A DNA stretch of 64,000 bases. Origin: Clostridiales bacterium. GTDB lineage: Bacteria; Bacillota; Clostridia; Christensenellales; JAISNN01. The DNA is taken from assembly GCA_031289755.1 (NCBI GenBank), contig JAITOU010000001.1, positions 3,316-67,315 of the forward strand, read 5' to 3'. The notes under the pieces were generated by a model. That model worked only from the letters and a program-made list of their open reading frames with translations. It was not told the origin of the DNA and did no database searches. The translations under genes were made by a program, and so were the position numbers. Within the stretch, counting starts at the first letter, position 1; the number at the start of each line of letters is the position of its first letter. Positions 38,515 through 47,653 of the stretch are shown one piece after another.

Positions 38515-38562
38515 TTATTATAGTCTTTATTATAGTCTATAATAAAATTTGCTATTTGTCAA
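38515..38562 (-). promoter_or_regulatory. Sigma-A promoter with 12-bp tandem repeat
   Basis: TTGACA-N17-TAGACT; TTATTATAGTCT at 38515-38526 and 38527-38538. Confidence 0.7.
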
Positions 38563-38593
38563 TTATTTTACGGATATTAATTGCACAATGCCG

Positions 38594-39730
38594 TTAATTC
38601 GTTTTGCGACCGCGTGCGGCGGCGACGGCGCAGAGCATTGTTCCTTTGTGCATTCCGGCGTGAACGCCTTTCATGCGAATAAACTCCTTATGCGTCCATA
38701 TAAAAGAATCGCCTATGCCGACGGTTAAGTAGTCGCCGATAAATTCGCTCATGCGCGGATGATTTTCACCCGTGCCGTAGAGCTGCGCGTCCAAGACCTC
38801 TTGTTTTGTAAAGACCTTATATCCCGGCGCGTATTTTCGCATGATTTTTAAAAAATCATCTTCCTTACCTTTTTTGATACGGAAAGAAATCGCAAGCGGT
38901 TCGAGACTCGGCGTTGCGGACAGACACGCTTTCAGACCGGGTATTTCACGCATAAACGTGTTTTTTGCCGCGTCCACCTGTCCGTGATCGCAGGTGACGA
39001 TAAGCGCGGTATCGGAGGGCAAGGCGGCGGCAAGCGATTTGAGCGTTTCGTCCAGACTCCGTGCGGTTTGCTTAGACGCCTCGCTATATACTCCTTTGTC
39101 GTGAAAGGTATTGTCCGGTTCGTTAAAATACGCGTAAATAAACCGCCGCTCGGTATTCTCGCAGAGCTTTTTTATCCGTTCCGCGATACCGCCGAAGGTA
39201 AAATGCCTGTCCGCGCCGGAAGCAAAAGCCGATATATAATTTACCGCGACACCCGTTTCGGCAATTCTCTCGCATACGCTCTTTACAGAATGCGGCAAAT
39301 CGCGGTCAACCTTATTGTAGCCGCGAAGCTTGATTCTCTGACCGTAGGTCTTTCCCGAAAATACCTCGATAGATTTTTTGATATCGCCGAAATACATCGC
39401 CCACCCCAAACGGCAATGAGCGTTGGGGAATTGCTCGCGTTCGATAGAAGTCAGCGCGGCGGCGGTCGTCGGCGGAAAGACCGAACTGACCGTATCCAAA
39501 CGGTTGCCGATAAGGAACGAGGTTTCGTCCAAACAAATATCCTGATTCCACGCCCCGAACCCGTCCGTCACCAAAAAAACGACCTTTTCAAACTTCCCTT
39601 CCGTCAAAAATCGTTCCAAAGAAAACAGCGGCTCATGATAATGCTCCGCCCCGAAGTATGCCGACAAAGCCGAAGAGATATTGACAATCGACTTTTTGTA
39701 ATCGGGGTAGCACAGCTCATATTCGTTCAT
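38594..39730 (-). CDS. Alkaline phosphatase superfamily phosphodiesterase (NPP-like)
   Basis: VTDGFG, SVFPPTT, EPDNTFH, TCDHG, GVHAG. Confidence 0.9.
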   Translation of the reverse strand: MNEYELCYPDYKKSIVNISSALSAYFGAEHYHEPLFSLERFLTEGKFEKVVFLVTDGFGAWNQDICLDETSFLIGNRLDTVSSVFPPTTAAALTSIEREQFPNAHCRLGWAMYFGDIKKSIEVFSGKTYGQRIKLRGYNKVDRDLPHSVKSVCERIAETGVAVNYISAFASGADRHFTFGGIAERIKKLCENTERRFIYAYFNEPDNTFHDKGVYSEASKQTARSLDETLKSLAAALPSDTALIVTCDHGQVDAAKNTFMREIPGLKACLSATPSLEPLAISFRIKKGKEDDFLKIMRKYAPGYKVFTKQEVLDAQLYGTGENHPRMSEFIGDYLTVGIGDSFIWTHKEFIRMKGVHAGMHKGTMLCAVAAARGRKTN

Positions 39731-39765
39731 TTATGCCAACCTCCAAGTCGTTTATTACTCGTTCC

Positions 39766-40830
39766 TTACAAATAAAAAGCCTTCGTCTTTGAGTAATCTC
39801 TATGAAAGGAATACACGGCTTCTTTCTTATCGAGATTGTATACTACCGACCATTGCGTGCCGCCGCCCTGCCAGCTCATCGCCACTTGCGACAGCAGAGC
39901 CATTGCGCCCGACACCGACAATACGCCGTTGCTTGCGTCCAAAACGGCTTTTGCCGCGTCGTATCTGTCCTTGCCGAAGTCATCCGCCTGCGCGTCGTCA
40001 CTCATGAGAAAATTTGTCGTCAAAAGATAACTGCCGTCCTTGTAGATAGTCTTCATCTCGTTGGCGACGTATTCGATAATGACGCTTGCGCCGCTCTTGT
40101 CCGCTATCTGAAAATGATAAGGACCGCCCACGCTGTCGTGCAAATCGTATCGGGCTATCAGCTCTACGGCGTCCGCCGCACTTGCCGCTTTGTCCAAGAC
40201 AAGGCGTATAAGCGTGGTCGTCGTTATATCTTTTTTGGCGGTGCTTTGATTTGCCGATTCGCCGTTGACCATATTTACGGCGATAGACACGCCCTTTTCG
40301 TTCATTCCGTCGAGCGGAAGGTACGGAGCGGCAAGCGTCAAAAATCTGTCCTTCAATGCGTCCGGCAAATAGCCGTAATCGTATCCCAAAAAGCTTAGAT
40401 TGACGGTGGAAATAGATTTATATCCGTTTTTGGGAGAGGTCGCGAGTATCATTATAGGCGTATCTTCAAGGTCAAAATTTCTCGAAAATGTCCTGTCTCC
40501 CGACGGCGTAATCGCCGTAAAGGTCGTACAGGCAATATCGGGTATCTGCACGTCTATCGGCAGACCTTTGAGCAGCTTTTGCATGATAAAGGTCTTTAAT
40601 TCCTCGTCGGAGCTTGCGCCTTTCTCCAAAAAATCGTCGAAATAATAATCGTTCTTATAGGACATTTGATATAAGCCTGCGCCGATTTTTTTTACCGACA
40701 AAAAAGCGTTCGCTTCGTTAAAGAAGATAGCATAAAAGATTCCCGCCGTCAAAAAGACAGCGAGAATCACAAAGCCGAAAATCTTTAAAAGCAACCCGGT
40801 AAGTTTTCGTTTACTTAACTCTCCGCGCAT
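39766..40830 (-). CDS. Membrane-anchored Ntn hydrolase (choloylglycine hydrolase/linear amide C-N hydrolase family)
   Basis: N-terminal TM; ACTTF nucleophile, SRNFD, DGMNEKG, TNF, TQWSVVY; AAGGAG SD before ATG 40830. Confidence 0.85.
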   Translation of the reverse strand: MRGELSKRKLTGLLLKIFGFVILAVFLTAGIFYAIFFNEANAFLSVKKIGAGLYQMSYKNDYYFDDFLEKGASSDEELKTFIMQKLLKGLPIDVQIPDIACTTFTAITPSGDRTFSRNFDLEDTPIMILATSPKNGYKSISTVNLSFLGYDYGYLPDALKDRFLTLAAPYLPLDGMNEKGVSIAVNMVNGESANQSTAKKDITTTTLIRLVLDKAASAADAVELIARYDLHDSVGGPYHFQIADKSGASVIIEYVANEMKTIYKDGSYLLTTNFLMSDDAQADDFGKDRYDAAKAVLDASNGVLSVSGAMALLSQVAMSWQGGGTQWSVVYNLDKKEAVYSFHRDYSKTKAFYL

Positions 40831-40850
40831 AATCAACTCCTTAAAGTTTT

Positions 40851-41768
40851 TCAATCAATAAGCAATTTACCTCTTATTTCCTGTAAATTGCCGAGCTTGT
40901 TTTTTTCGACGTATTTTCTAAGTCCGTCTATAATGTTTGAAGCCGTGAGCGGATTGATAAGGTTGCCCGTTCCGACCTGTACGGCGGTAGCTCCGCAGAG
41001 AATAAATTCTACGGCGTCGTTGGCGGTCATTATTCCGCCCATGCCGATAATAGGTATCTTGACGGCGTTATAGACCTGCCAAACCATGGCGAGCGCGATA
41101 GGCTTGATAGCCGGTCCGGAAAGTCCGCCCGTAATATTCTTTAATAACGGACGTCTTGTGTCGGCGTCCACCGCCATTCCCCTTACGGTATTGATAAGCG
41201 AAACGGCGTCCGCGCCGCCGTACTCCGCCGCTCTCGCGTTTTCGGCGATGTCCGCCACATTAGGAGAGAGCTTGACTATGAGCGGCTTTTTGCTGCGCTT
41301 CTTGACTTCGCGTGTGATAGATTGTATCGTGTCCGGCTTGACGCCGAAGGCTAATCCGCCCTCCTTGACGTTCGGGCAGGATATATTAAGCTCTATCATC
41401 GAAACGCCCGTACCCGATAACCGCTCCGCCAAATAACAATAATCGCTTTCGGTATTGCCGGCGATATTGACTATGACGGCCGCTTTTTTTGACTGCAAAA
41501 AAGGCAGAAAGTTGTTGATAAACACTTCAACGCCGGGGTTTTGGAGTCCGACGCTGTTTAAAACGCCGCCGTATGTCTCGGCTATACGCGGTCCGGGATT
41601 GCCTTCGCGCTTTTCACGGGTCACGCCCTTGACGGATATTCCGCCGAGCTTGTCTATATCGAATAACTTGGAAAATTCAAAGCCGAACGCAAAAGTTCCG
41701 CTTGCCGTTATAACGGGATTTTTAAAGTCTACACCGCAGATTTTGACTGCCAAAGGACTGTATATCAT
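40851..41768 (-). CDS. pyrD: Dihydroorotate dehydrogenase B catalytic subunit
   Basis: TASGTF, LNSVGLQNPG, ELNISCPN, GGLSGPAIKP. Confidence 0.97.
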   Translation of the reverse strand: MIYSPLAVKICGVDFKNPVITASGTFAFGFEFSKLFDIDKLGGISVKGVTREKREGNPGPRIAETYGGVLNSVGLQNPGVEVFINNFLPFLQSKKAAVIVNIAGNTESDYCYLAERLSGTGVSMIELNISCPNVKEGGLAFGVKPDTIQSITREVKKRSKKPLIVKLSPNVADIAENARAAEYGGADAVSLINTVRGMAVDADTRRPLLKNITGGLSGPAIKPIALAMVWQVYNAVKIPIIGMGGIMTANDAVEFILCGATAVQVGTGNLINPLTASNIIDGLRKYVEKNKLGNLQEIRGKLLID

Positions 41769-42523
41769 AGTATTACCTCCTTTAAATTAAAGACGGGACC
41801 GTCGGTACAGACGCGTCTGTTGCCCGTCAAGGTGGCGCAGGTACACACATAACACGCGCCTATTCCGCAGCCCATGCGTGCTTCGGTCGATATAAAGGTC
41901 GGTATGCCGGTATTCAACGCCTTTAAGGCTTTGAACATAGGCGTCGGGCCGCAAGCCAGCACTACGTCGGGATTTACCGCGAAGATATCCTTTTTGAAGG
42001 CGTTTGTGATAAAATTCTTTTCGCCCAAAGACCCGTCGTCCGTCGTGACTGTCAGCTTCTCCGAAGCCTTAGAAAAGTCGTCGACGCAAATGGCTTTGCT
42101 CTCCGAAGAAAAACCGAGATAGGTATAAAACTTCACTCCGCTTGCCTTGTATTTCTCTATGACCGAATAGAGCGGCGGACAGCCCAAACCGCCGCCGATT
42201 AAAGCGACTTTTTTGACATTAGCCCCCAGCTCGAAGCCGTTGCCCAAAAAGAGCGTTGCGGGGATATTGCCGCCTTTGAGTCGGGAAAGAAAGGTCGTTC
42301 CCTTGCCCTTTACTTCAAAAATGATTTCAAAGGTGCTTTCGGCGGCGTTAAACTTGTAAACGCTTATCGGCCGACGCAACAAAACGCCGTCAAAATTTCC
42401 GACGGACAAATTGACAAACTGTCCGGGCGTAAATTCGGGCAAAGAAGAGCAATACAATTTCATTTTTACGATGCCCTTTGCAAGCTCCGTATTTTCTCTG
42501 ACGTTCAAAAAAACTTCTTTCAT
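41765..42523 (-). CDS. pyrK: DHOD electron-transfer subunit
   Basis: LRRPIS, GGGLG, ACGP, MGCGIGACYVC, VCTDGPVF. Confidence 0.95.
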   Translation of the reverse strand: MKEVFLNVRENTELAKGIVKMKLYCSSLPEFTPGQFVNLSVGNFDGVLLRRPISVYKFNAAESTFEIIFEVKGKGTTFLSRLKGGNIPATLFLGNGFELGANVKKVALIGGGLGCPPLYSVIEKYKASGVKFYTYLGFSSESKAICVDDFSKASEKLTVTTDDGSLGEKNFITNAFKKDIFAVNPDVVLACGPTPMFKALKALNTGIPTFISTEARMGCGIGACYVCTCATLTGNRRVCTDGPVFNLKEVIL

Positions 42524-42770
42524 TACCTCACCTACTTTATATTGTTTTTTTATTAGACGACTGTTTTTGCGCGTTTCTGACGCGCCGCGCACAAACGTAT
42601 AATTCTACTACTATTATTATAACCTATCTTATTAAATATTGCAAGCCCCCATGTTACAAATATTTTATAACAAAACAAAAAATAAAGCCAAAAGCGGTTG
42701 CTTTCGGCAAAAACATCATGACAACGGTCAAAAAATTCACATTCCGTATGCGGTTAAGCCGTACGGGCTT

Positions 42771-43109
42771 TTAAAAAGCGTTCTTTATATGCGTTATCTC
42801 GTCTCTCAATATCTCTATGACGTCAAAGCGCATATCCTTGTCCGTGCAGTTGTTTTTCACGGCATAGAACACCGCCGTTTTACGGATTTTTTTGATTTTG
42901 TCGGGCGTAACGGCTTCCGCCGGTCTGCCGTATTTTAGGCTAAGACGGCTCTTGACCTCGACAAAAACGAGATATTTTCCGTCACGCGCCACGATATCTA
43001 TCTCACCGTAATAGCTCGCAAAATTTGTCTCCAAAATCTCGAAGCCGTTCTTCTTTAAATATTCTGCGGCGGCAACCTCTCCGTGAAGCCCTTCGTATTT
43101 TGTGTTCAA
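42771..43109 (-). CDS. yraN: YraN/UPF0102 endonuclease-like protein
   Basis: GEIDIVA, LVFVEVKSR, RFDVIE. Confidence 0.92.
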   Translation of the reverse strand: MNTKYEGLHGEVAAAEYLKKNGFEILETNFASYYGEIDIVARDGKYLVFVEVKSRLSLKYGRPAEAVTPDKIKKIRKTAVFYAVKNNCTDKDMRFDVIEILRDEITHIKNAF

Positions 43110-43139
43110 TTATATACCCTCAAACCGTAAGGAATGCCT

Positions 43140-44420
43140 TTACGATACCGTTGCCGTCAATTTTTCGGCGGCGGCGATTTTGATACAATTTACAAATATT
43201 TCCGAAGCGGTTATAAGCTCGCCGAGCGGCGGAAGCGTCGGGGCAAATCTTATATTGCCGTCGTTCGGGTCTTTGCCGTAAGGATAAGTCGCTCCGGCAG
43301 GAGTCAAGACTACGCCTGCGTCCTTGGCAAGAGCGACGACTCTTTTTGCCGTTCCGTTCAGGACGTCGACGCTGATAAAATAACCGCCGTCGGGATTTGT
43401 CCACGCCGCTATACCGCAGCCGTCAAGGTCTTTTTTGAGAATGGATATCACGGCGTCAAATTTTGGCTTTATAATCGCGGCATGGTTTTTCATGTGAGCG
43501 AGAGTGTTTGCCTTGTCCTTCAAAAACCGTGCGTGCCTTAACTGATTTATTTTATCAGGCCCTATCGTCTGAATAGAGATAACGGCTTTTGCTTCCTTGA
43601 TATTGTTTTCGGACGACGCAAAGAAGCTCACGCCGGCTCCGGCAAACGTCACCTTTGAAGTCGAAGTAAAGATAAATGCCCTGTCGGTATTTCCGACCCT
43701 TTCGCATTCCGGCAATATATCGAGCAGCTCTCTTGTATTGTCTTTGAGTGCGTGTATAGAATAAGCGTTGTCCCAAAATATTCTAAAATCCTTAGCGGCT
43801 TTCATAGACGCAAGGCGTTTGACTGTTATATCCGAATAGATAACGCCGGTAGGATTGCCGAATTTTGGAACGCACCATATCCCCTTGACCGACTCGTCGT
43901 CGGCGCAAAGCTTTTCAACGGCGTCCATATCGGGGCCGTCGTCTTTTAGAGCTACCGTTATCATTTCTATTCCAAAAAGCTGCGTGATAGCAAAGTGTCT
44001 GTCGTAGCCGGGTGCGGGACAGATAAACCTCACACGGTCGAGCTTGCCCCAAGCCGTAGAGCCTGCAAAGCCGAATTGCATACCGCGCTGAACGGTGTCG
44101 TACATAAGGCTAAGGCTGCTCGAACCGCCTGCAATGACGAGATTTTCTTTGACGTTCAAAATTTCCGCATAAAGCTTTTTTATTTCGGGAATGCCGTCTA
44201 CCAAAGCGTAATTTCTCGTATCGAAACCGTTTTCGGTTTTTAAATCGGACGCTTCGTCCAATATGCCGAGCATGGGCGACGACAAGTCGAGCTGTTCTCT
44301 GCAAGGCTTGCCCCTTGACATATCGAGCTTCAAATTTTTTGCTTTATACCCTTCGTATTTTTGTCTTTCTATCTTTAAAATCTCTTTTAATTGATTTTCA
44401 GAAAGCTTTAAGTAATTCAT
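43140..44420 (-). CDS. Class I/II PLP aminotransferase (putative aspartate transaminase)
   Basis: LDMSRGKP, PGYDRHF, WDNAY, STSKVTFAG, GGYFIS. Confidence 0.88.
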   Translation of the reverse strand: MNYLKLSENQLKEILKIERQKYEGYKAKNLKLDMSRGKPCREQLDLSSPMLGILDEASDLKTENGFDTRNYALVDGIPEIKKLYAEILNVKENLVIAGGSSSLSLMYDTVQRGMQFGFAGSTAWGKLDRVRFICPAPGYDRHFAITQLFGIEMITVALKDDGPDMDAVEKLCADDESVKGIWCVPKFGNPTGVIYSDITVKRLASMKAAKDFRIFWDNAYSIHALKDNTRELLDILPECERVGNTDRAFIFTSTSKVTFAGAGVSFFASSENNIKEAKAVISIQTIGPDKINQLRHARFLKDKANTLAHMKNHAAIIKPKFDAVISILKKDLDGCGIAAWTNPDGGYFISVDVLNGTAKRVVALAKDAGVVLTPAGATYPYGKDPNDGNIRFAPTLPPLGELITASEIFVNCIKIAAAEKLTATVS

Positions 44421-44480
44421 TTTTCCCGTTTACCCCGACTCTTATAGTTTTTTGAATGACGCTCCGACTTTGCCGTGCGG

Positions 44481-45539
44481 TTATTTTGAAATATTGACGA
44501 CCCAATTATATTCGTCTTTGAGCTTGCCCGTCTGTATTCCCGTCAATTTGTCGTAGAGATATTCGGTTATTTTGCCCATGCTTCCGTCGCCTACGGTATA
44601 GCTTTTGTCCTTGTAGATAAATTCGCCTACCGGAGAAATAACCGCCGCCGTTCCCGTGCCGAAAATTTCTTTTAAAGTGCCGCTTCTATGCGCTTCCAAA
44701 AGCTCGTCTACGGAGATTTTGCGCTCTTCCGCCTTGTAGCCGTCCTTTCTCAATATTTGCAGCGCGCTGTTTCTCGTTATCCCCGGCAATATGCTGCCGG
44801 AGAGAGCGGGCGTCACGACCGTGTCGCCGATGACAAAAAATATGTTCATCGAGCCGACCTCTTCGATATATTTTTTGTCTGCGGCGTCAAGCCAAAGAGC
44901 TTGGTCGCAACCCAAATTGTGAGCCTTTTCCTGCCCTATCAGGCTGGCGGCATAATTGCCCAAGCACTTTATATCGCCCGTACCGCCTATACTCGAACGG
45001 ACATAAAAATCTTCGATAAAGATTTTTGTCGGCTTCAAACCGTTTGCATAATACGCCCCGACGGGACATACGGCTATAAAAAACCTGTACGTCGCTCCGA
45101 CCTTGACGCCCAAAAACACGTCGGTGCAAAACATCGCCGGCCTGATATACAGAGAAGTTCCCTCCGTCGTCGGTATCCAATCCGCATCCGTCTTGACCAA
45201 TTCGTAGAGAGCCGACAAGATTTTATCGACGTCGAGCTTAGGCATACAGAGTCTGTCCGCACCCTTATTCATTCTGAGAATATTGTCACGCGGACGGAAA
45301 AGCGTTATCTTGCCGTCCGCCGTCTTATAAGCCTTTAAGCCCTCGAATAGTCCCTGTCCGTAATGAAGTATCTGCGTCGCCGGGTCGATTTTGAAAGTAT
45401 CGTAAGGAACGATTTCCGGTTCGCCCCATTTGCCGTCGGCATAATCCATAACAAGCATATGGTCGGACATATACTTCCCAAAACCCAGCTTGGCAAAGTC
45501 GGGTTTTTTCTTTTTGTTTTCAGTCAAGGTTATTTTCAT
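44481..45539 (-). CDS. ilvE: Branched-chain amino acid aminotransferase
   Basis: LHYGQGLFEGLKAY, LYIRP, KCLGNY, EVGSMN, ILPGITR. Confidence 0.97.
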   Translation of the reverse strand: MKITLTENKKKKPDFAKLGFGKYMSDHMLVMDYADGKWGEPEIVPYDTFKIDPATQILHYGQGLFEGLKAYKTADGKITLFRPRDNILRMNKGADRLCMPKLDVDKILSALYELVKTDADWIPTTEGTSLYIRPAMFCTDVFLGVKVGATYRFFIAVCPVGAYYANGLKPTKIFIEDFYVRSSIGGTGDIKCLGNYAASLIGQEKAHNLGCDQALWLDAADKKYIEEVGSMNIFFVIGDTVVTPALSGSILPGITRNSALQILRKDGYKAEERKISVDELLEAHRSGTLKEIFGTGTAAVISPVGEFIYKDKSYTVGDGSMGKITEYLYDKLTGIQTGKLKDEYNWVVNISK

Positions 45540-45751
45540 ATAGTTCACCTCAAAAAAGCATATTAAAATGCTTCCCTATTATAATTTTTACAGTTTAAGG
45601 ATAGATAACAAAGTACCGTATCCGTTTATTTACCGATAATTATATCACAAAAGAATAAAAACAGTTATCTTTATTGCACGCAAAACGGCAAAAAATTTAA
45701 TAGCTTTGTATCCTGTCTTAGACGGCGGCAGACTCGATTGTCTAAGCCCTT

Positions 45752-46381
45752 TTACGCGTCAAAAACGCAGTATCGCTTCTCCGCCGCTTCTATCTCTATA
45801 AGTCCGTTTGTATTATCGATTAAGGCGTTTTGTATAGTACCGCACTTCTCTTCTTTCGCAAAAACCGTATAGGTCACGGCTTCGCCGAAGGACGTTTCCG
45901 CTACTCCGGCATGAGCCTTATGCGCGTTCAAAACCGAGTCGACGCTCTTTATCGACGCGTAGTCAAATTGCAATTTTAATACGCTGCAATAAACGTATTT
46001 TTTGATATCGGCTCGCTCTAAACAGTTTGCTGCGGCATCGGAATATGCCGACACCAATCCCGGCGCGCCCAGCTTGACGCCGCCAAAATATCTCGTTACG
46101 ACGGCAAGGGTTCTTTGGAGCTGTTTTTTCTTTAAAACCGACAAGATAGGCAGTCCGGCAGTACCCTGCGGCTCGCCGTCGTCCGAAAATCTCATGCACT
46201 TTGCGTCTATGATATAGGCATAACAATTATGCGTCGCGTCATAGTATTTTTTCTTTATTGAGTTTACGGAATACTCGGCGTCTTCCGCGCTGTCAACGGG
46301 AAAAACGGACGTTATAAAAACCGACTTCTTGACTACGGTTTCAGCCGTCGTTTCTTTATCGGCGGCAAAAAAATCCTTCAT
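45752..46381 (-). CDS. yigZ: YigZ/IMPACT family protein
   Basis: ATHNCYAY, SDDGEPQGTAG, VTRYFGGVKLG. Confidence 0.93.
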   Translation of the reverse strand: MKDFFAADKETTAETVVKKSVFITSVFPVDSAEDAEYSVNSIKKKYYDATHNCYAYIIDAKCMRFSDDGEPQGTAGLPILSVLKKKQLQRTLAVVTRYFGGVKLGAPGLVSAYSDAAANCLERADIKKYVYCSVLKLQFDYASIKSVDSVLNAHKAHAGVAETSFGEAVTYTVFAKEEKCGTIQNALIDNTNGLIEIEAAEKRYCVFDA

Positions 46382-46423
46382 TGTTTTTCAAACCCCCGTC
46401 GTTTTGTATTATACTTTTCGGCT

Positions 46424-47647
46424 TTACTTGCCGATTTCGATTTTTAAATGAATTTTTTTGCCCTTATGCAGGACAAAGCCGCCCGTAAGCGCGCCGCTCA
46501 CTTCATAATTCACATCGTCTATTTTGTCGTCGTTGACGCGTATGCCGCCGCCTTCTATCAGCCTTCTCGCTTCGCCTTTTGACGGCGCAAGCTTGGCAAA
46601 AAAGAGAATGTCCGTTATCCTTGTCATACCGCAAGGCACGGTGAGCGCGGGCATATCGTCGGCGTTGTTAGAAAAAGCCGCCGCCGCTTGTTTTTCCGCT
46701 TCCTTTGCGGCTTCTTCGCCGTGTATGAGCTTTGTTATCTCGTACGCCAAAACCTTTTTGGCTTCATTTATTCTCTCGTCCGTATAGCGTGTAAGCTCGT
46801 CGATGCGGTCTAATTCCATAAAGGTCAAAAATCTCATGCACTTTGCGACGCTTATGTCTTCTATATTTCTCCAATATTGATAAAACTCGTAAGGCGGTGT
46901 TTTTTCGGCGTCTAACCAGAGTGCGCCTTTCATAGTTTTACCCATTTTTTTGCCGTCGGCGGTCGTCAAAAGCTCGAAGGTCATGGCATAAGCCTCTTTT
47001 CTTAGCTTCTTTCTAATCAAATCCGCTCCGAAAAGCATATTAGACCATTGGTCGTCGCCGCCGCATTGCAGGACGCAGCCGTGTTTTTTGAACAGTTCAA
47101 AAAAATCGTAGCTTTGGAGCAGCATATAAGAAAATTCCAAAAAGGTCAAGCCCTTTTCCATTCTCGATTTAAAGCATTCCGCCGCAAGCATTTTGTTGAC
47201 GGAAAATTCCGCGCCTATGTCGCGTATAAAATCCATGAATTTCAGTCCGAGTATCCAATCGGCGTTGTTGACGATTATCGCGGCGTTTTCGCCCTCGAAG
47301 GATATAAATTTCGTCATCTGTTTTTTGAAGCATTCGACGTTTCTTTTTAATGTTTCGTCGGTCATTACGCTTCTCATGTCCGTCCTGCCGCTCGGGTCGC
47401 CGACCATAGCCGTCGCGCCGCCGATAAGGATTATCGGACGATGCCCGGCTCTCTGCATAAATCCGGCAGCCATGAGCGTGAGATAATGCCCTACGTGCAG
47501 GCTGTCCGCCGTCGGGTCGTAGCCGATGTAGAAGCTGACGGATTTTTCGCCGAGAAGCTTGTACAGGTCGTCTTCAAAAACAATCTGCTTGACAAAGCCG
47601 CGTTCTTTGAGAGTATCTATAATATTTTTCTTTTCCGTGTTTCCCAT
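46424..47647 (-). CDS. tyrS: Tyrosine-tRNA ligase
   Basis: GYDPTADSLHVGH, GGDDQW, KMGKT, C-terminal S4 domain. Confidence 0.98.
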   Translation of the reverse strand: MGNTEKKNIIDTLKERGFVKQIVFEDDLYKLLGEKSVSFYIGYDPTADSLHVGHYLTLMAAGFMQRAGHRPIILIGGATAMVGDPSGRTDMRSVMTDETLKRNVECFKKQMTKFISFEGENAAIIVNNADWILGLKFMDFIRDIGAEFSVNKMLAAECFKSRMEKGLTFLEFSYMLLQSYDFFELFKKHGCVLQCGGDDQWSNMLFGADLIRKKLRKEAYAMTFELLTTADGKKMGKTMKGALWLDAEKTPPYEFYQYWRNIEDISVAKCMRFLTFMELDRIDELTRYTDERINEAKKVLAYEITKLIHGEEAAKEAEKQAAAAFSNNADDMPALTVPCGMTRITDILFFAKLAPSKGEARRLIEGGGIRVNDDKIDDVNYEVSGALTGGFVLHKGKKIHLKIEIGK

Positions 47648-47653
47648 AAAATT

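Noticed and set aside
42524-42650. PyrR attenuator
   Set aside because: A hairpin is present but lacks the ARUCCNGNGAGGY loop and a U-tract.
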